Positions 1 through 13,726 of a DNA stretch of 64,000 bases are shown piece by piece; positions within the stretch are counted from its first letter, which is position 1; every line of letters starts with the position of its first letter. The notes beneath the pieces were generated by a model. The model did not search any database. It saw only the letters and a program-made list of their open reading frames with translations, and had not been told where the DNA came from. The DNA comes from Balanoglossus misakiensis (lineage: Eukaryota; Animalia; Hemichordata): the NCBI GenBank assembly GCA_040954595.2, contig CM082590.2, positions 11,408,655 to 11,472,654 on the forward strand, written 5' to 3'. The position numbers and the translations under genes are program-made.

Positions 1-3000
1 TATACTTTATTGTAATACTTTATCATTTGCGGTGTATACTACGGTTGCATTACTTCTTGTGGTGTGTGGAGGGCCCGTGGTTGTACACAGTGGTTGCTGG
101 TTTGGTGCCGCAGTATCAGTCGCGGTTGAGAATGTGATTCGTTCTGTCGTTGTGATTATATCATAGTGGTTCCAGTACTGATACCATATTGCTGTATAAT
201 CCCAGGTTACGCAACGGAATAGAAGATTTGTAGTTAAATCACTATGTTTCTATAAATTTTTGTATCATTGTGGTGTTCTCGAGCAGATGGTCAAGTTCCC
301 TGTCAAATGATGACATATCAAATGAAGAGACCGGTGACTCGTTCGACAAAGTGTTTATCCACGAAAATAGAGCTAAAGATTCTCGACCTGCAACCTGGTT
401 AGCATGTCAAGTGTTTTCTATATCGACAAAAGTTCACCCTTTAAAACGTTTGAGCAGCCTTAATCTTTGAATAAACAAAATGCATTGAAGTGGTGTCAGT
501 CGGCAAAAGCAGCGCCATGTTGATTTATACGGACCGGCATTTACAAAGAGACGATGATGTTGAAAGACCTGTATTTCTACACAGCACCTTTTTACGGCAA
601 CATAAATTGTGACTGTTCACTGGCATTGCTGCATTTTCCAGGGATGCAATCTCTCTCTGCATTAGACGATTATAGATGTGTCTCCCATCTTTTTACTGAC
701 ACGCGATCAAATACTTGAAATGTGCGTGCGCTAAAATATTTGGCGGCTGTTTCACAACAATCTGATATCTACAAATGATAACCTAACACAATTTTACTAG
801 CTGAAGGAATGCTGGTATGTAGCAAACATCCACCAATTTACCCATATAAAGGTCAAGGGTCACACACCTGTCTAATATATATAAAAATAACTTGTTTTTA
901 GGAAGTGTCTAAAGTCACTGATTTAAAAGCTTGCATATTTTATCCCATATGAATGTACAATGCCAATATATAGTTAATAGTTACCAGCGGTGTTTTTCAC
1001 AAAGTCCTGTGCGCAACTCGGAAAACTCAATTGTCTTATTGTAATAACCGTTTGGTGAATACAGTTATAAGTAAAAGGATTGTTAAAATTACAAAAATTG
1101 TGAGTTTCCGCGAATCAGTTGACATTCTTTTGAAATAACGAAGACAAAAAATGAACTTCAACTTTTTATCAAGATATTAAAATTAGTATAGATCATTATC
1201 TTTCCGATCCGGCGATTTTGGTATTAAATTTCTTGTTTTTATACTCACTCATCCTTGGTGAACAAATGCAGTGTATGTAGTCGATTTGGTGGTATTTTGG
1301 ACATCGACCTTTACATTTCAATCTCTCAAAAGCCAAAATCTCACGTGGCTTTTTATCAGAAATATTCATCAAGTTGTTTACAGCTTCAACGTTGTCTGTT
1401 GCTATGGAGACTAAACACCGATATGCCATTATTCTGTCTAGACATGACATAACTATTTTAAAATTGTGTTAGAACCAATGGACAAACGATAATGAAGTAT
1501 TTCCAACTTCAAAAAATGACATTACATTTTTCTCTCAAGTGTTTGTGCGAGTATATATATCATTTTGTACCAATGTGCTCGTCCGTACACTGAACCCTGT
1601 TCAAGTAGTTTGAGCCAGGGTGAGGTTATGCCTCCCACTTAAAATGGGTTTATTGTTAGACGATAGCAATTACCACTCTTTAAAAGCCTTGGTTGGACGC
1701 TGTTGTACAAGGCGGTGTTACTCCATTGGTTCGCAGACAAGGAGGTGTTTGTGATTGGTTGGACCATGCGTACAAAGCAACATTAGTGCTTCGGCCGGAC
1801 CAGGCCGTGCAAGGCGACAGTATCTTCCCCGCCAGCTGCTCTCTGTTGGCAAACTCCTTTTTTGGAGTTCTCTAGTTTTGTCCATTTAATTTATTAGTTT
1901 CTCACTTCCATTACAAACGACTTTTCCAGTGAGAAGCGTATTATTATACATTTATGTGATTGTCCGAAGTGCAGCGGCCAAAATCCAACAAAACTTTGGC
2001 ATTTCAAATGAAAATTAACCCAAGTCCATCTAACATATATCTTGTAGCTTAAAACCTCGTCTATGCTCGACCAGTAACGATTATCCAATGATTTCACCTG
2101 TTAACGATAGCTGTGTTTGACTCATACTTCAATTTCTAGGTAGTAATGGAATTAATTCGTTTGATCTATGAGCTTAGCATCATCCCAGTTACACCTGGTT
2201 TGTTTGTTTGGCGTGCCAGACTGATTAGTTCCTCTTACATGCCTCCACAACTTCTGAAACGTTACCATGGTGCCCATTTGAAACGTTCATGCATTACCCC
2301 AGGATCCCACAGCATGATTAAAATGCACAGGATTGATCTCCTCAACATAGACAGTATGTGCATAATCAAAATTGGATATTTGGGAGAAGAAGAAAATATA
2401 AAACATTTCAGATAGTGGCCCTTTAAAGCATTAATCGTGTAATTTATTTTACAATATTTCAATCCAACACTGTGGCGTTTAACATCAGAGTTTGTTGACC
2501 TATACTAGTTGCTTTTGCGGCAATGTCTTTGAAAGGTAAATCTGACGCTAAATTGAGGTCTCTGATCCCTCTATTCTATGGCCCATTTCCTTTGTTGACA
2601 TGCTGAAATATTCAGTCTTATCAAATTACACTGTAAGACAGACAAAGACACAAGAATTTACAGACCTCCATTTCTTCAAGGCCCTGATCTTAGAGTGGTC
2701 TCTCCAACAGGTACATACTTTTTAAAGAGTGTTGGCTAAAATTGACTAACGATGTCGGCTGGCTATGGTTGTGTATTGTGGAACATTCAACAGTTTATTA
2801 CGTATTTATCTTTTGTTTGTTTTTGTTTGTTTGTGTTTGTTTGTGTTTTAAATTAAACTTTATCTTGCTTTAGACCAGCCCGAAGTTGGAATTTGTATTA
2901 AGTCATTTCGCGACAAGATTTATATCGGCGTCACTTTCTAACTTGGATCAATTTTATATCAAAAAGTAAACATCGGCATCGTTTTGTTTGCATAGTGAAA

Positions 3001-4715
3001 TTAATTTCCGATATCTCACACTCAGTCAACACGCTCCAGACGTCTAAGTTAACGATGGTTTTGTCGTAAAGGTCACTTTGAAATTTGCTTTACAAAAAGT
3101 TTTGCAATGCAAATACATCTAGACATGTGCACCCAATTTGCCAAGTTTTTTCTTGTCTGCATTTTCCAAAGTCGACGTCAGTTATATGTGGACGGTGCCA
3201 TCATTGCAACTTCAACAATATACCTGCATCGATGATGACGTCACGTTCAAATGAGAAGAGTCGTTAACAGATCAATCGACTTAACTGATATTTGAACTTT
3301 GACCACATGGTGTCTAAAGTTGTGTCAAACCTCGAACGATGCCAAAATTAAATTTTACTTTCATGAGGAAGCTTTTGCCTCAGGTTACCCATCAGATTAA
3401 TTGCGAGAATTCTTACACAAACGTTAAACACGTTAGCAGAATGCGCTACTGCAGTACATAGATATGTAGTATATATATACAGTATAATGTATAATATATA
3501 ATTCGATTTTGTGAACACACAATGATCGATCGATTTTGTGAACACAAGTGATCGATCGGTCCGTTAACAAAAGTATTTAATGACGTTTACAATTCACGAT
3601 TATACGTAGTGGCTCGGATTCCGATCAATTTGAAGACATCTATCTTCACTTGATTCTGCTCGATGCCAAACTTATTGGGTAAAGATTTATCGTCAATGTT
3701 ACCTGTCTGACAATGTTGTCACGATTGGTACGTTGTGACGGCTATGCTGTTATTGAACCGTATAGGTCAGATCTGTAGATTTGTGGTCTTGTAATTGCTG
3801 TCAAATCTCGACTTGACGCTTGACAGTTTGACTTGCACTCCGTAACAAAGCAAGGCCTTGAGACTTAATACCCGAATCTTAATCTGATCTTATCTGAGTA
3901 GATTTGTCTGCTCTACGTGTTAGCCACTCCATGGTATACAGGTGCATTTAGTCAAACAGTCGTTCCTTGTGCAAAATAATCACACCTCATTTTACTCATT
4001 TGTTAACGTTTTTCAACTCCATGTGCAAGCGTTGGGGGTCGTAATCTATGGCGATATCATTATGTCTACTGTAACCATAACTAAATCAAATAAAATATGA
4101 AATAGAAAACAATTTATGAGAATTTCGAGCATTACACCGATATAGTATCGAAAAACTAGCAATCGCGTCTACCATATCTTGATACATTGCTAACCGCAAA
4201 TTTTCTGTCTTCGAACTTTGGGCCTTGACAAAATTGATAGGGGGCTGTGCCATCTGAGAGTATATGTCACTGCCTGTATGTTTGTTATGGAGATTTTGTC
4301 TCTCTGTTAATTCTGACCAAGCCCTAGGAAAGATTACCAAACCATCATTCGATTGCAAACAATGACTAGTCTAGCACCGATGCAAACAAAATCCAGTACA
4401 CAAATCTGATAGGTATTGACTTGCAGTGTTGGTTAATACATCTATATCTAAGTCAGATAACGTCATCGTAGAACCAAAACGGGCCATTTTTCAGTGACTA
4501 TCCTACTTTGCTACATACGTCTAGTATGTATGGTTGATGCGTTTCTCTCGGTATGAATGGTTGAAGTTATGATTCATGTGGTGAAATTGTAGCTGTTCCT
4601 TCGATGATACAATGTACATGTATTTTGCTGATCTTAAAGACAGTTTCGTACTAAAACTGTTTATGAATATATTGATAGTTAACCCCCACTATTATTGTCA
4701 ATGATCTGTTTTCAG

Positions 4716-4977
4716 AGATGCAAGGACAAACTGAATTCTTTGGCAATATTAGTGATGAACCAATGGGAAGGCATACAACTACGAGTCACAGAGGGCTGGG
4801 ATGAAGATGGTCACCACGCTGAAAATTCACTTCATTACGAAGGTCGTGCAGTGGACATTACAACCAGCGACAGAGACAAGAAAAAATATGGAATGCTAGC
4901 CAGATTAGCGGTAGAAGCAGGATTCGATTGGGTCTACTTTGAATCCAGATCACATGTACATTGTTCTGTTAGATCCG
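4716..4977 (+). CDS. hh: Hedgehog, exon 2 (N-terminal signalling domain)
   Basis: ttttcag|AGA...TCC G|gtaagt; 262-bp exon encoding [87 protein letters not shown]. This is a hallmark Hh-N sequence with the Zn-ligand His/Asp/His retained and the same exon boundaries as vertebrate Shh exon 2. Confidence 0.98.
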
Positions 4978-7349
4978 GTAAGTCGATATATTTTGTCATA
5001 TTAGAAATTTTTATTTTCAAACATGGCTCGTGCGAACGCGAACAGCAGTCGAAGACGTAACACATTATGTAATATAATGTAATAGACACCCAGCAACGAC
5101 AATATAACAACAGTCAACAAAGACAACACTGTATTTTGACATCGCCGAGTTGTTACTGCCCCAATGTCCTTTTTGTCATCCCACTGAGGTGTCACTGCGT
5201 TTATTACCGTGTGTTTCACGATTGGTGGAAAAACACAGGTGGTAGATTTAATGCTTTCCATATTCACCAAATGTTCATCAACACTAGTAAACTTCACTGA
5301 ATCAGGCAATATGAAATTTCCAAATAACCAGAAACGGTCTTTTTTGATGAAACAAACGTAACTACAATGCGAACAAAATCGAGCCAAATAAACATTTGAT
5401 GGATTTGTTCGTAATGTAATCTGTAACTTCCTGCTTCAGTTATCAGCTTCATATCCCGCGAGGATTGCTATGTGCTTTTTCCTCAATTTCCAATTCCTCT
5501 CAAGTTGTTAGTCTGTTTACTTTGCGTTGTACATTCAACGGGTTCCTTCATTCCCGCGCTTAGAGTGAGACTCTCTCGTCAGTGCAAAGTTCTCCATATA
5601 TTCAGACTCCTTTGTGGCCACTCTGTATAAGTCGTTTTGTCCATCAACACTTGCATGCTGTAACTATGTATTATATTACCACCTCTCTTTGTATGTACCC
5701 ATGTATTCTAAATATTTTGTACACGACACACATGGCATACGATATCCTTGTTGTTGAAGTCTTTTCTGTCAAGCATATCGCCTTGACCACTTTAGCCACT
5801 GCATCAGTATGCTCAAACCCAACCTAGCTTTTACAGCAGTTGTATTTTATCTAGACTCGGGATCTCGCTGGGTCTGAATGATCTCTTTTGAACAAGAAAC
5901 ACCATCAGCATTTTGTCGACTTTGTTATATTAGATTGCTCGAGGGGCCACACCTTATTAAAGTCAACTCGGTCTCGTTCATTTGTGATTTCGGTAAAATA
6001 AGTTTCACGCCTGTTGCAAATAGCAGTAGATTCATGATGTATCATTACTTTCCTTTAAGTGACTGTAGTTAGAAAGAGTGAGAAAGAAACAATGCTAAAC
6101 ATCGATGGTTTACTCCGCGGTTTATTTTTAATTTTATGGACGTGATGGTTCACTTGATAACTTTCCAGTGGATTCAGTTTATCAGTTGGCAAACATTGAC
6201 CGACAGAGGGATGTTGCATTTCGGGATACGTCGACGATTTGTTCTTGTGTGATCCGTTTTGTGTTCTTTTCCTTTGCCACAAACTATATTATTATTGGCT
6301 TCTGCAGAGGTGACTACAAGGATTACTTGAGAAACTGTCGAGTTGTCATGCTTTCTCTTCTCGTTTTTAGACTCAACATCTCATTTGTCTTGTACTAATA
6401 GCCGCCTTGATTGTTTGAAACAACGAATAGATACTCCTTGAGATTAGAAAGATCGGTATCCATGGTGACGCTAGTAGAAACCATAATGTCACTGACTACA
6501 ATTCCTGTAGATAGGTATCGGTCATTAAAGCCCCATTAGCTGCATTTGTTGACCCCAACATAATGGACACATACATTTGAACATTTTGATCACCACTCAC
6601 GTCAGGGAAAAGAAACTGACCATTCCTTTAAAGGTAACATGACGTTTCTTCTCCATTACTGTGAGGATGAATATCATGAGTTCAAAGGTAACATTTGACA
6701 AGAACTATATCTTGATTCCAGCTTCATTTCTTCCTTGAACAACGGATTAATGGCGAGTCCTGCAAACGGGCCCATTTCCGATTTGTTTCTTATTAATGAG
6801 GTCATGTATGTGATTTGATAACAGTTTTCCGCTGTGTTGGCCGTGCAGATATGGCCATGAATATATAATGAAGTCTCTAACACCCCTGACAAATCATACA
6901 TCACGCATTGGATTAGCAGCCTCCACTCAAGGCGGAAACATGACTGGTTAAATATATGTTGGGATTTAGAATAGATCTACCAAAATAATGGCATTTTCTG
7001 ATTGGACGCTTTTGTCGTCAATGTGATTGCAATATAGTAGTTCCAAATGTCAGTATGATTGATGCTGGGAATTCATAGCATCAAACAAACAAGTTACATG
7101 TGTAAGACTTTCCCACGTGGCCTGGCCACGTGACTTGACTGTTAATAATGACAGTTCATGCAGTTCTCGTAAGTTGCAATCTACGGTGATTTCATGAATG
7201 ACGATTAAAATCCGACGTCAGGTCTGTATTTTACAAGACTAGAAGACTAGACTTCAATTGTTTGAACTGATACCACAAATACGAATGTCTTCAAATCACA
7301 AACATTGCCATCTAGTGGACAAAACGAAATAAGGCATTTTCATGATAAG

Positions 7350-7383
7350 ATCATATCATATCATATCATATCATATTATATCA
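7350..7383. repeat. (ATCAT)n microsatellite in hh intron 2
   Basis: atcatatcatatcatatcatatcat... Confidence 0.85.
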
Positions 7384-10300
7384 CTGATTGGACCACATGA
7401 AATATCGCCCTCTATTGAATGTTAGAGCAGCATACCGTGTAGTAAAGTAAGTTAAGATGTTCAGGAAAGGGTCCATTGAGACAAACCAGTCGTGCTTTAT
7501 GAATGAAACATAGGATGTGTGATTATGTCTTCTGCTCCAGGTCAATTGGTCCCTTTGGGTGGGTTCACGGATACCCTTTCAGTCACGTGATTCTCATTTT
7601 GACGAGCCGTCTCTCTTAATAATGTCTTTTATGTGTATATTTTGTTGTCCTGTCCAAGTAACCGAAATCTATGCGTTACCTCTGTCTCGTTTTCTCAACC
7701 ATTCCATTGCCTTCTTTCATTAATATGTTTTGCGAGAAGATGTTTCAGAAATGGCTCTGCAAACGAAACCACCTTTACAATCTGTTTACACGACGACATG
7801 CTGAACACGTAAAATTGACTGTGATAAGCCACTATGTCTTGTGCATGATGATTCCGTCAACATCTGATAAGAACAAAGTTTAAATCAAGAGCTCTAAATA
7901 TTCTCAGAGCAGCGTTAACAAAATAGATATGTTGGATGCGTGTTTCCCGAATGACAAGGATTTAACATGGAGGATGCAAACTAAGACGTTCTGAGAACAT
8001 ATGGCTTGTGTTGGCCGAGATGTGACCGTTAGGGTATATGTCAACATTAGTGAAATGGGCCGTGAATATCTCACCATGTAAGGTGATCAGAGCACGTATG
8101 GAGATAGCGATTTTAGAATGTTTGGGATAATAAAAATTGTGCTTTTATATACTTTAAGTTTACGACTATGTCCACCTTCAACGTAACGATGTCGAGAAAG
8201 TTAAAGTCATGATGTAGCAATGCGACATCAAATGAAACTCTAGCACTATTCGACGAAAAGTACTTTGACTATCGAATTAAGATGACTAATGTCACATGAA
8301 GTTCACTAGGTCACAACAAGGTCACTATGGTCTAAACGTTTCCACTTTCTATCTATTTTGTGATTCGGTCGTAAGGTCTCCCAGAATACACTTTCTTTTG
8401 CAAGGTCTACCCATAAATGAACACTAACAATTATACCAAAACTATAATGGCAAATATTCAACAGTAAATTTCTCATTGATTGCCATGGCCACACAACATG
8501 TCAAATAGCACTCTTGTCACGTGATCACGGCCCTTGAATTTGTGTTTATGTGTTTGTTAGAAGGCAATAAAAGTACATTGCAGTTGATTTTATGAGGTGT
8601 GTGAATTGTTTGCTTGTAGCTACAGACAAATTAGCCCATCAAAAAATCCATTACTGGAGACTGACTAGTCTTTCTTAATTCACATGTGTGAAAGGTCACA
8701 CCTGGGGTCAAGGGTCACTCAACAAAAATACCGATCACACCTACAAGCTTCTACTCTCCAATCATGCCAATTCTGTCTGTAACAATGTGTCTCTATTTCT
8801 ACCGGTCATAAACATACGATAATGCCAATGTCAGACAAACTACGAGTCAGAAAGGCTGACGACCAGCTATGTCTCCATTGGCTAGCAATAATATTCAGTG
8901 GTTGGCGGACGATTGGCCGGATTACCTTGTGTAGGATGTTGATTGTCCATTATACCCAGTGTGACCAACTTCTGGCCAGAGTAGCCGGTTTTTGACCAAT
9001 AAAGGGACAAGACCAAACTATGCATAAAATAGTTGACAACTTGGACAATAATGGATATAACCTTATAACATAGCACTGTATCTGGGGATGATGACGCAGT
9101 GCATCAAACTGAACTAAACCAATGTACAACGTTTTACACGATCGCAGTCAGAGTTGTCCCCGACAAACGAAAGGGGGCGTACGGCACCCTTTCTACAATT
9201 GCAATCACGTCTGGAGTATCCGCAATGAAGATAAATTTTGATTTTTTTTCTCTCGCCTTGTAGGAAGACCTTATATTTTGTAACTTTCCTGGTGGAGGAT
9301 TCGAAAGGTGTGAATGAAATATTTCATTCTCAGGGCCACTTTTTATTTGCCGTCAGCTCTGTTGTTTACTTATTTGCACAATGCTAGGCCCGTATCATAT
9401 CAACGGAACCATGTTTTTACCGTTGATTTGTGATGTCTGGGTTCCGGTGTTGTACAACCGGTAAAAGACACCGCTATGTGCTTGTAAAGTAATCAACACG
9501 CCTACCACAATTCCTATCAGGCTGTGGTCCATTCAAGCTTCAATGTGCAGCTGCCCACTAATGTTGATAACGCATTTTATGTTAAGATTGATGAAGCCAG
9601 CTATGGCCTCTGAACTCTGACTTCAGGCAAAACTTGTTTTTAAAACTTGAAAATGGGTTAAACTTGAAATATAGCAGATAAAATCTCGACAATTTGACAA
9701 CGTCTCTTCTCCTAAATAGATCGATTTGTCATCGTCATGTGACATCTTTATGAACACATGAAAACTGTTTGGATGTGAAAATCTAATATATAAACACAGG
9801 TGTTTTCTTTATGTTAGATTTTGCCGCCGTAACCTCAAAGTACGGATAGCTGACACGGTGTGATTTGAAGGTTGCATTGTTCATTAGATGGTGAAACACT
9901 GATAACTATTTAAACTCATGCCCTGGTATTTCCTTATCGCCAGAAGAATGTATCGTAACAACCAATCAACGTGTGAATATAGATCGCCATGACAGTCATT
10001 GCATAACTTCACTTTCAACATTGTCATCCATGTTTTTTTCCTAACTGAAGAAGGAGACTCATTAGCATCTGGGCTCCTTAATTTGCATACTAGGCGAAAC
10101 TTCCCCTGGTGAGCAGTGTGTCAGCGGTGTATGTCACGTGACTCCGAAACTTCAATGATTGGAGTGATCGTGGATAAAATAATTAATTTTAAAAAATATC
10201 ATTGATGTATTTTATCCAAAGAAATGCTTTGAAGTGACGCAATGATGTTTATATTCTCTAGCTTAAGCATTGAATTTCAACATAGAGAAATGAATATATA

Positions 10301-11195
10301 GCAAAACTACGTGTATAAGTTCATACTATTATAGATTCCCTTTTTAAAACAATATAAGTTTGCGTTGAAGTTGAAATTGGCAATGAAGAATGCTAAACCC
10401 GAGGGAGTCTAATTTACTCCAAAGAGAGAATTACGTACCATTCAAAAAGGCAAGAAAACTGCACAGTTCTGCAATCATATCGGCAGAAGTTACCTCATCT
10501 AGAACTCTATAAAATGTTGAACTATGCAGAGGTCAAATGGTCGGAGACGATTAAACCACCTGTTAATAGGGTATCTCCATATGCTAGGTTGTTTTCGTCA
10601 AGTGAAGTTAATAGTCTAGACTCACGTCCGGCGTCACACTGACCTGACCTCCAGTTTAACCATATTTACTCTTCAAAAGAATGTTGTCTTTCCAAGTATT
10701 TTGTTGATGGTGTCACGTTTGCGAATCTTCAATCCAGAATTATGAGTGTTTAACCCTTAAAATGGGTCGATAGTTATCTGGTCATGAATGTTGTGATTGG
10801 CAGCTCAAAAATTAAGGCCCTTGGTAGTTGGACAAATAGCGGGCACTTTATGCAGTGTGAGTTTTACATTGTCACCAAGGGGAATTACATACGTACACAT
10901 TGTCTTTCAAAGTGACTGGGAAGGTTCGTCATTTGTCTTAACTAGCATTTTCATTATAACATTGTTGTACTTATATGGTTTACTTAATAAGCCTTAAAGA
11001 AGTCCTAAGCAATTGTGGTATTTGTAACCATGTAATAATGTGATAGTGTGATGCCCTTTGATAAACCTACATACAAGGGTCAAAAGTCAAACGGCCCAAT
11101 CAACAACTTGTGCGTCCTATTGAATGTATAAATATGTTCACAACAAAGTTACTTACATGAAGAATTTAATTTTCTCGCCTTTTTTTAAATTTCAG

Positions 11196-11866
11196 AGCAT
11201 GCTGAAGGCCTCAAGTCGGGCGGGTGCTTTCCAGCAAATGCAGAGGTTACCTTGGAAACAGGAGAATCCAAAACGATGGATGAGATAAAACTTGGCGACC
11301 GACTGATGAGTGTAGACGAAAATGGAAATGTTATCTTCAGTGACGTCATTATGATGTTGGATAAGAAACCGAGAGTGAAGCAAATTTATCAGGTGATCGA
11401 AACTAACAATGATAGGTACCGGTTGGTTTTGTCTCCTGGACATTTGGTGTATACATCTGATGTTAATGTGACCTTCGACCCTGGTACTAAACCAATATAT
11501 GCAGAAGATGTGCAAACAGGTCAGTATGTATACATAACAGAGAGCAAAGAGACAGTAACTTTAAAACCAGTCCTAGTTACGAATATATACAGAATTGAAG
11601 ATATTGGCGTCTATGCTCCAATGACACTTAATGGTAAAATTGTGGTGAACAAGATGATGACGTCATGCTATGCAATGGTCGATCATGATCTGGCGCATAT
11701 GGCATTCGTTCCAGTGCGCTTATTACATCAACTTTCCGCCAGCCTTTGGGTTTCCATGGCAACAATTCAAAATGAAGGAATTCATTGGTATCCATATCTT
11801 GTGTACACTTTAACTTCAAGATTCTTGGACCAGAGTCTCATACATCCAGACGGAATTCTTGTTTGA
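11196..11866 (+). CDS. hh: Hedgehog, exon 3 (autoprocessing Hint/Hog domain and sterol-recognition region)
   Basis: tttcag|AG CAT GCT..., phase 1 matches exon 2. Encodes EHAEGLKSGG|CFPANAEV (GCF cleavage site at 11222-11230), LVLSPGHLV, GVYAPMTLNGKIVVN..SCYA and GIHWY; TGA at 11864-11866. Confidence 0.97.
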
Positions 11867-12461
11867 GAGAGTCGCCTTTGCCCTCGATCGAGCTCTCTTA
11901 AAACATCGAAATATATAACACTAGAGGGCGTTCCACTTGGAAACTTCACAAGTACATCACTATGACACGTGACCGTTCAGAGGACAGCAATACCTGTTTT
12001 TTCTATGATAAAACAAATGACGTCATTTGGAAATGTTACTTATTACTGACACGATCAAACAGCTATTCATGAACCAGATAACTGAATGATGACGTCAAAA
12101 AAAGATAATTGTCATTCAAAGCAAATGTAGATCATCAGAATTGTCTATTTATTAAGTGCCATAGTTTGAAATTCTACGAAAATGACGTCACTACTTTGTA
12201 GTTCACAAGATGCTTTATTTATATTTTTGTAAAATAGAATCTTTGTTCACATGCGTCGCTGAAAATAATCTTAACACATGTGACGTCATTTATATATTTG
12301 ATCTATCAGTAGATGATTGAGGTAAACTTATGCAAATATTCATTCCAACGTACATGCAGACCATTTCAAGATGTAAAATTGAGTAGAATGAGACTTGAAT
12401 TTTGTATTTCCTTATATATGTGAAATTGTATTGTTCATACGTTTATATAACTGTGACGTCA
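11341..12461. promoter_or_regulatory. Cluster of seven perfect CRE/ATF-type palindromes (TGACGTCA) in hh exon 3 and 3' UTR
   Basis: TGACGTCA at 11341, 11658, 12018, 12090, 12183, 12281 and 12454. The motifs are directly visible; function is inferred. Confidence 0.45.
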
Positions 12462-12522
12462 TCTTCATGGCACATAAACTGCTGAAGCTTCACATTATGT
12501 TATCGCCATGTTTTGTTTGTTA

Positions 12523-12546
12523 GTTTGTTTGTTTGTTTGTTTGTTT
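12523..12546. repeat. (GTTT)n microsatellite in the hh 3' UTR
   Basis: gtttgtttgtttgtttgtttgttt. Confidence 0.85.
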
Positions 12547-13720
12547 GCTTGTTGATAATCATTTTGGTACATATGTTGAAATCAGTCCGAGTATCATTGT
12601 TACTAGGAATCAGTTGTATAATTTTAGATCTCTTTTAAGTATCAATAGATGGTTTCATTTTTTGAAACTACGATTGAATGTAAATATCGGAGAATAGGGT
12701 ATCTAGGTATTTGTAAGTTTTCCTTATCTTTTGCAAGCACTTATGATTATTTTAAACCTACTTGTATCACACAAGGTCACTCACATTTCGCAATCCATCT
12801 GTCACACTGCTGGTATACAATTGATCTTGATACTTCAAAGTTCCATGTTAAAGGCTTATGGAGTTAAACTTAAACTTTATTCAAACACGAAAGTAGCATG
12901 ATTTCTGATAAAAAAAATAATCATGGAAGCTGTATTTACTTTATACTAATCATCGTCTTCTATGTTGTGACTCACATTTGTCAATTTGTTCAATCTTTTG
13001 ACAGACTGCGTTCACAAACATATCTGGAAATGTCATTCCATTTATAAATGTCATTCCATTTATTATGACCAAATTTAAATCAAATTGTCCAGAATAAATC
13101 TCTCTGGGTCATAATCCTTGTATCATGAAGGGGACTGCGACTTTATACAGATTTCCTTACGAAAGGGCTGAAGATGGTAAACAAACTAAAGACGCGATTC
13201 TTAACATTGCAAAAATGTGTGTGATCATTTCTAATGACTTCTCGATAAACTTGAAGTCTGGTAAGACATTGAAAGAGTTGTAGTTTTAGCAAAATAAAGC
13301 AATGTTCGTAATTCACTGAGCGCTAATGTTTACAGAAACCAATAGTTCCAAGTATTTTTCTGAGTTTTGACACCTTATTTAGAAAGAAAAATAGCAGCTT
13401 GTATCCTTGTATAATTTCCTTTGCTTTTATGAATTTTTTCATATCGGGTACTTGCTTTTTCCCCATTCAAGTTTTCCATTGTACTGAACCGAGGTCAGCT
13501 TTAATGAGTCGCAGCCTTTATTCCTGTAATGTATTATACAAACATTTATCTTGTTTTTGTTTGTTTTCCCCCTTTTCTTGTCTTGGTTTGTTTCGTTTTG
13601 TTTAGCGGCCACAGTTGTTTATTATTGAATTAAATATGGGTCAAAGGTCAGTAGTCGAGGTCGTGCATGATAAATATTCGTTATAAACTATGCATAGATT
13701 CTGTATTGACAATATTTTCT

Positions 13721-13726
13721 AATAAA
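13721..13726 (+). terminator. Candidate polyadenylation signal of hedgehog
   Basis: AATAAA followed ~35-70 nt later by a T/GT-rich tract; another AATAAA lies near 13093. Confidence 0.4.

Noticed and set aside
1-4715. Enhancers in hh intron 1 (and intron 2), by analogy with vertebrate Shh floor-plate/notochord enhancers
   Set aside because: Forkhead-like TGTTT motifs and small tandem duplications (e.g. ~3502-3557) are present but cannot be distinguished from background without comparative data.
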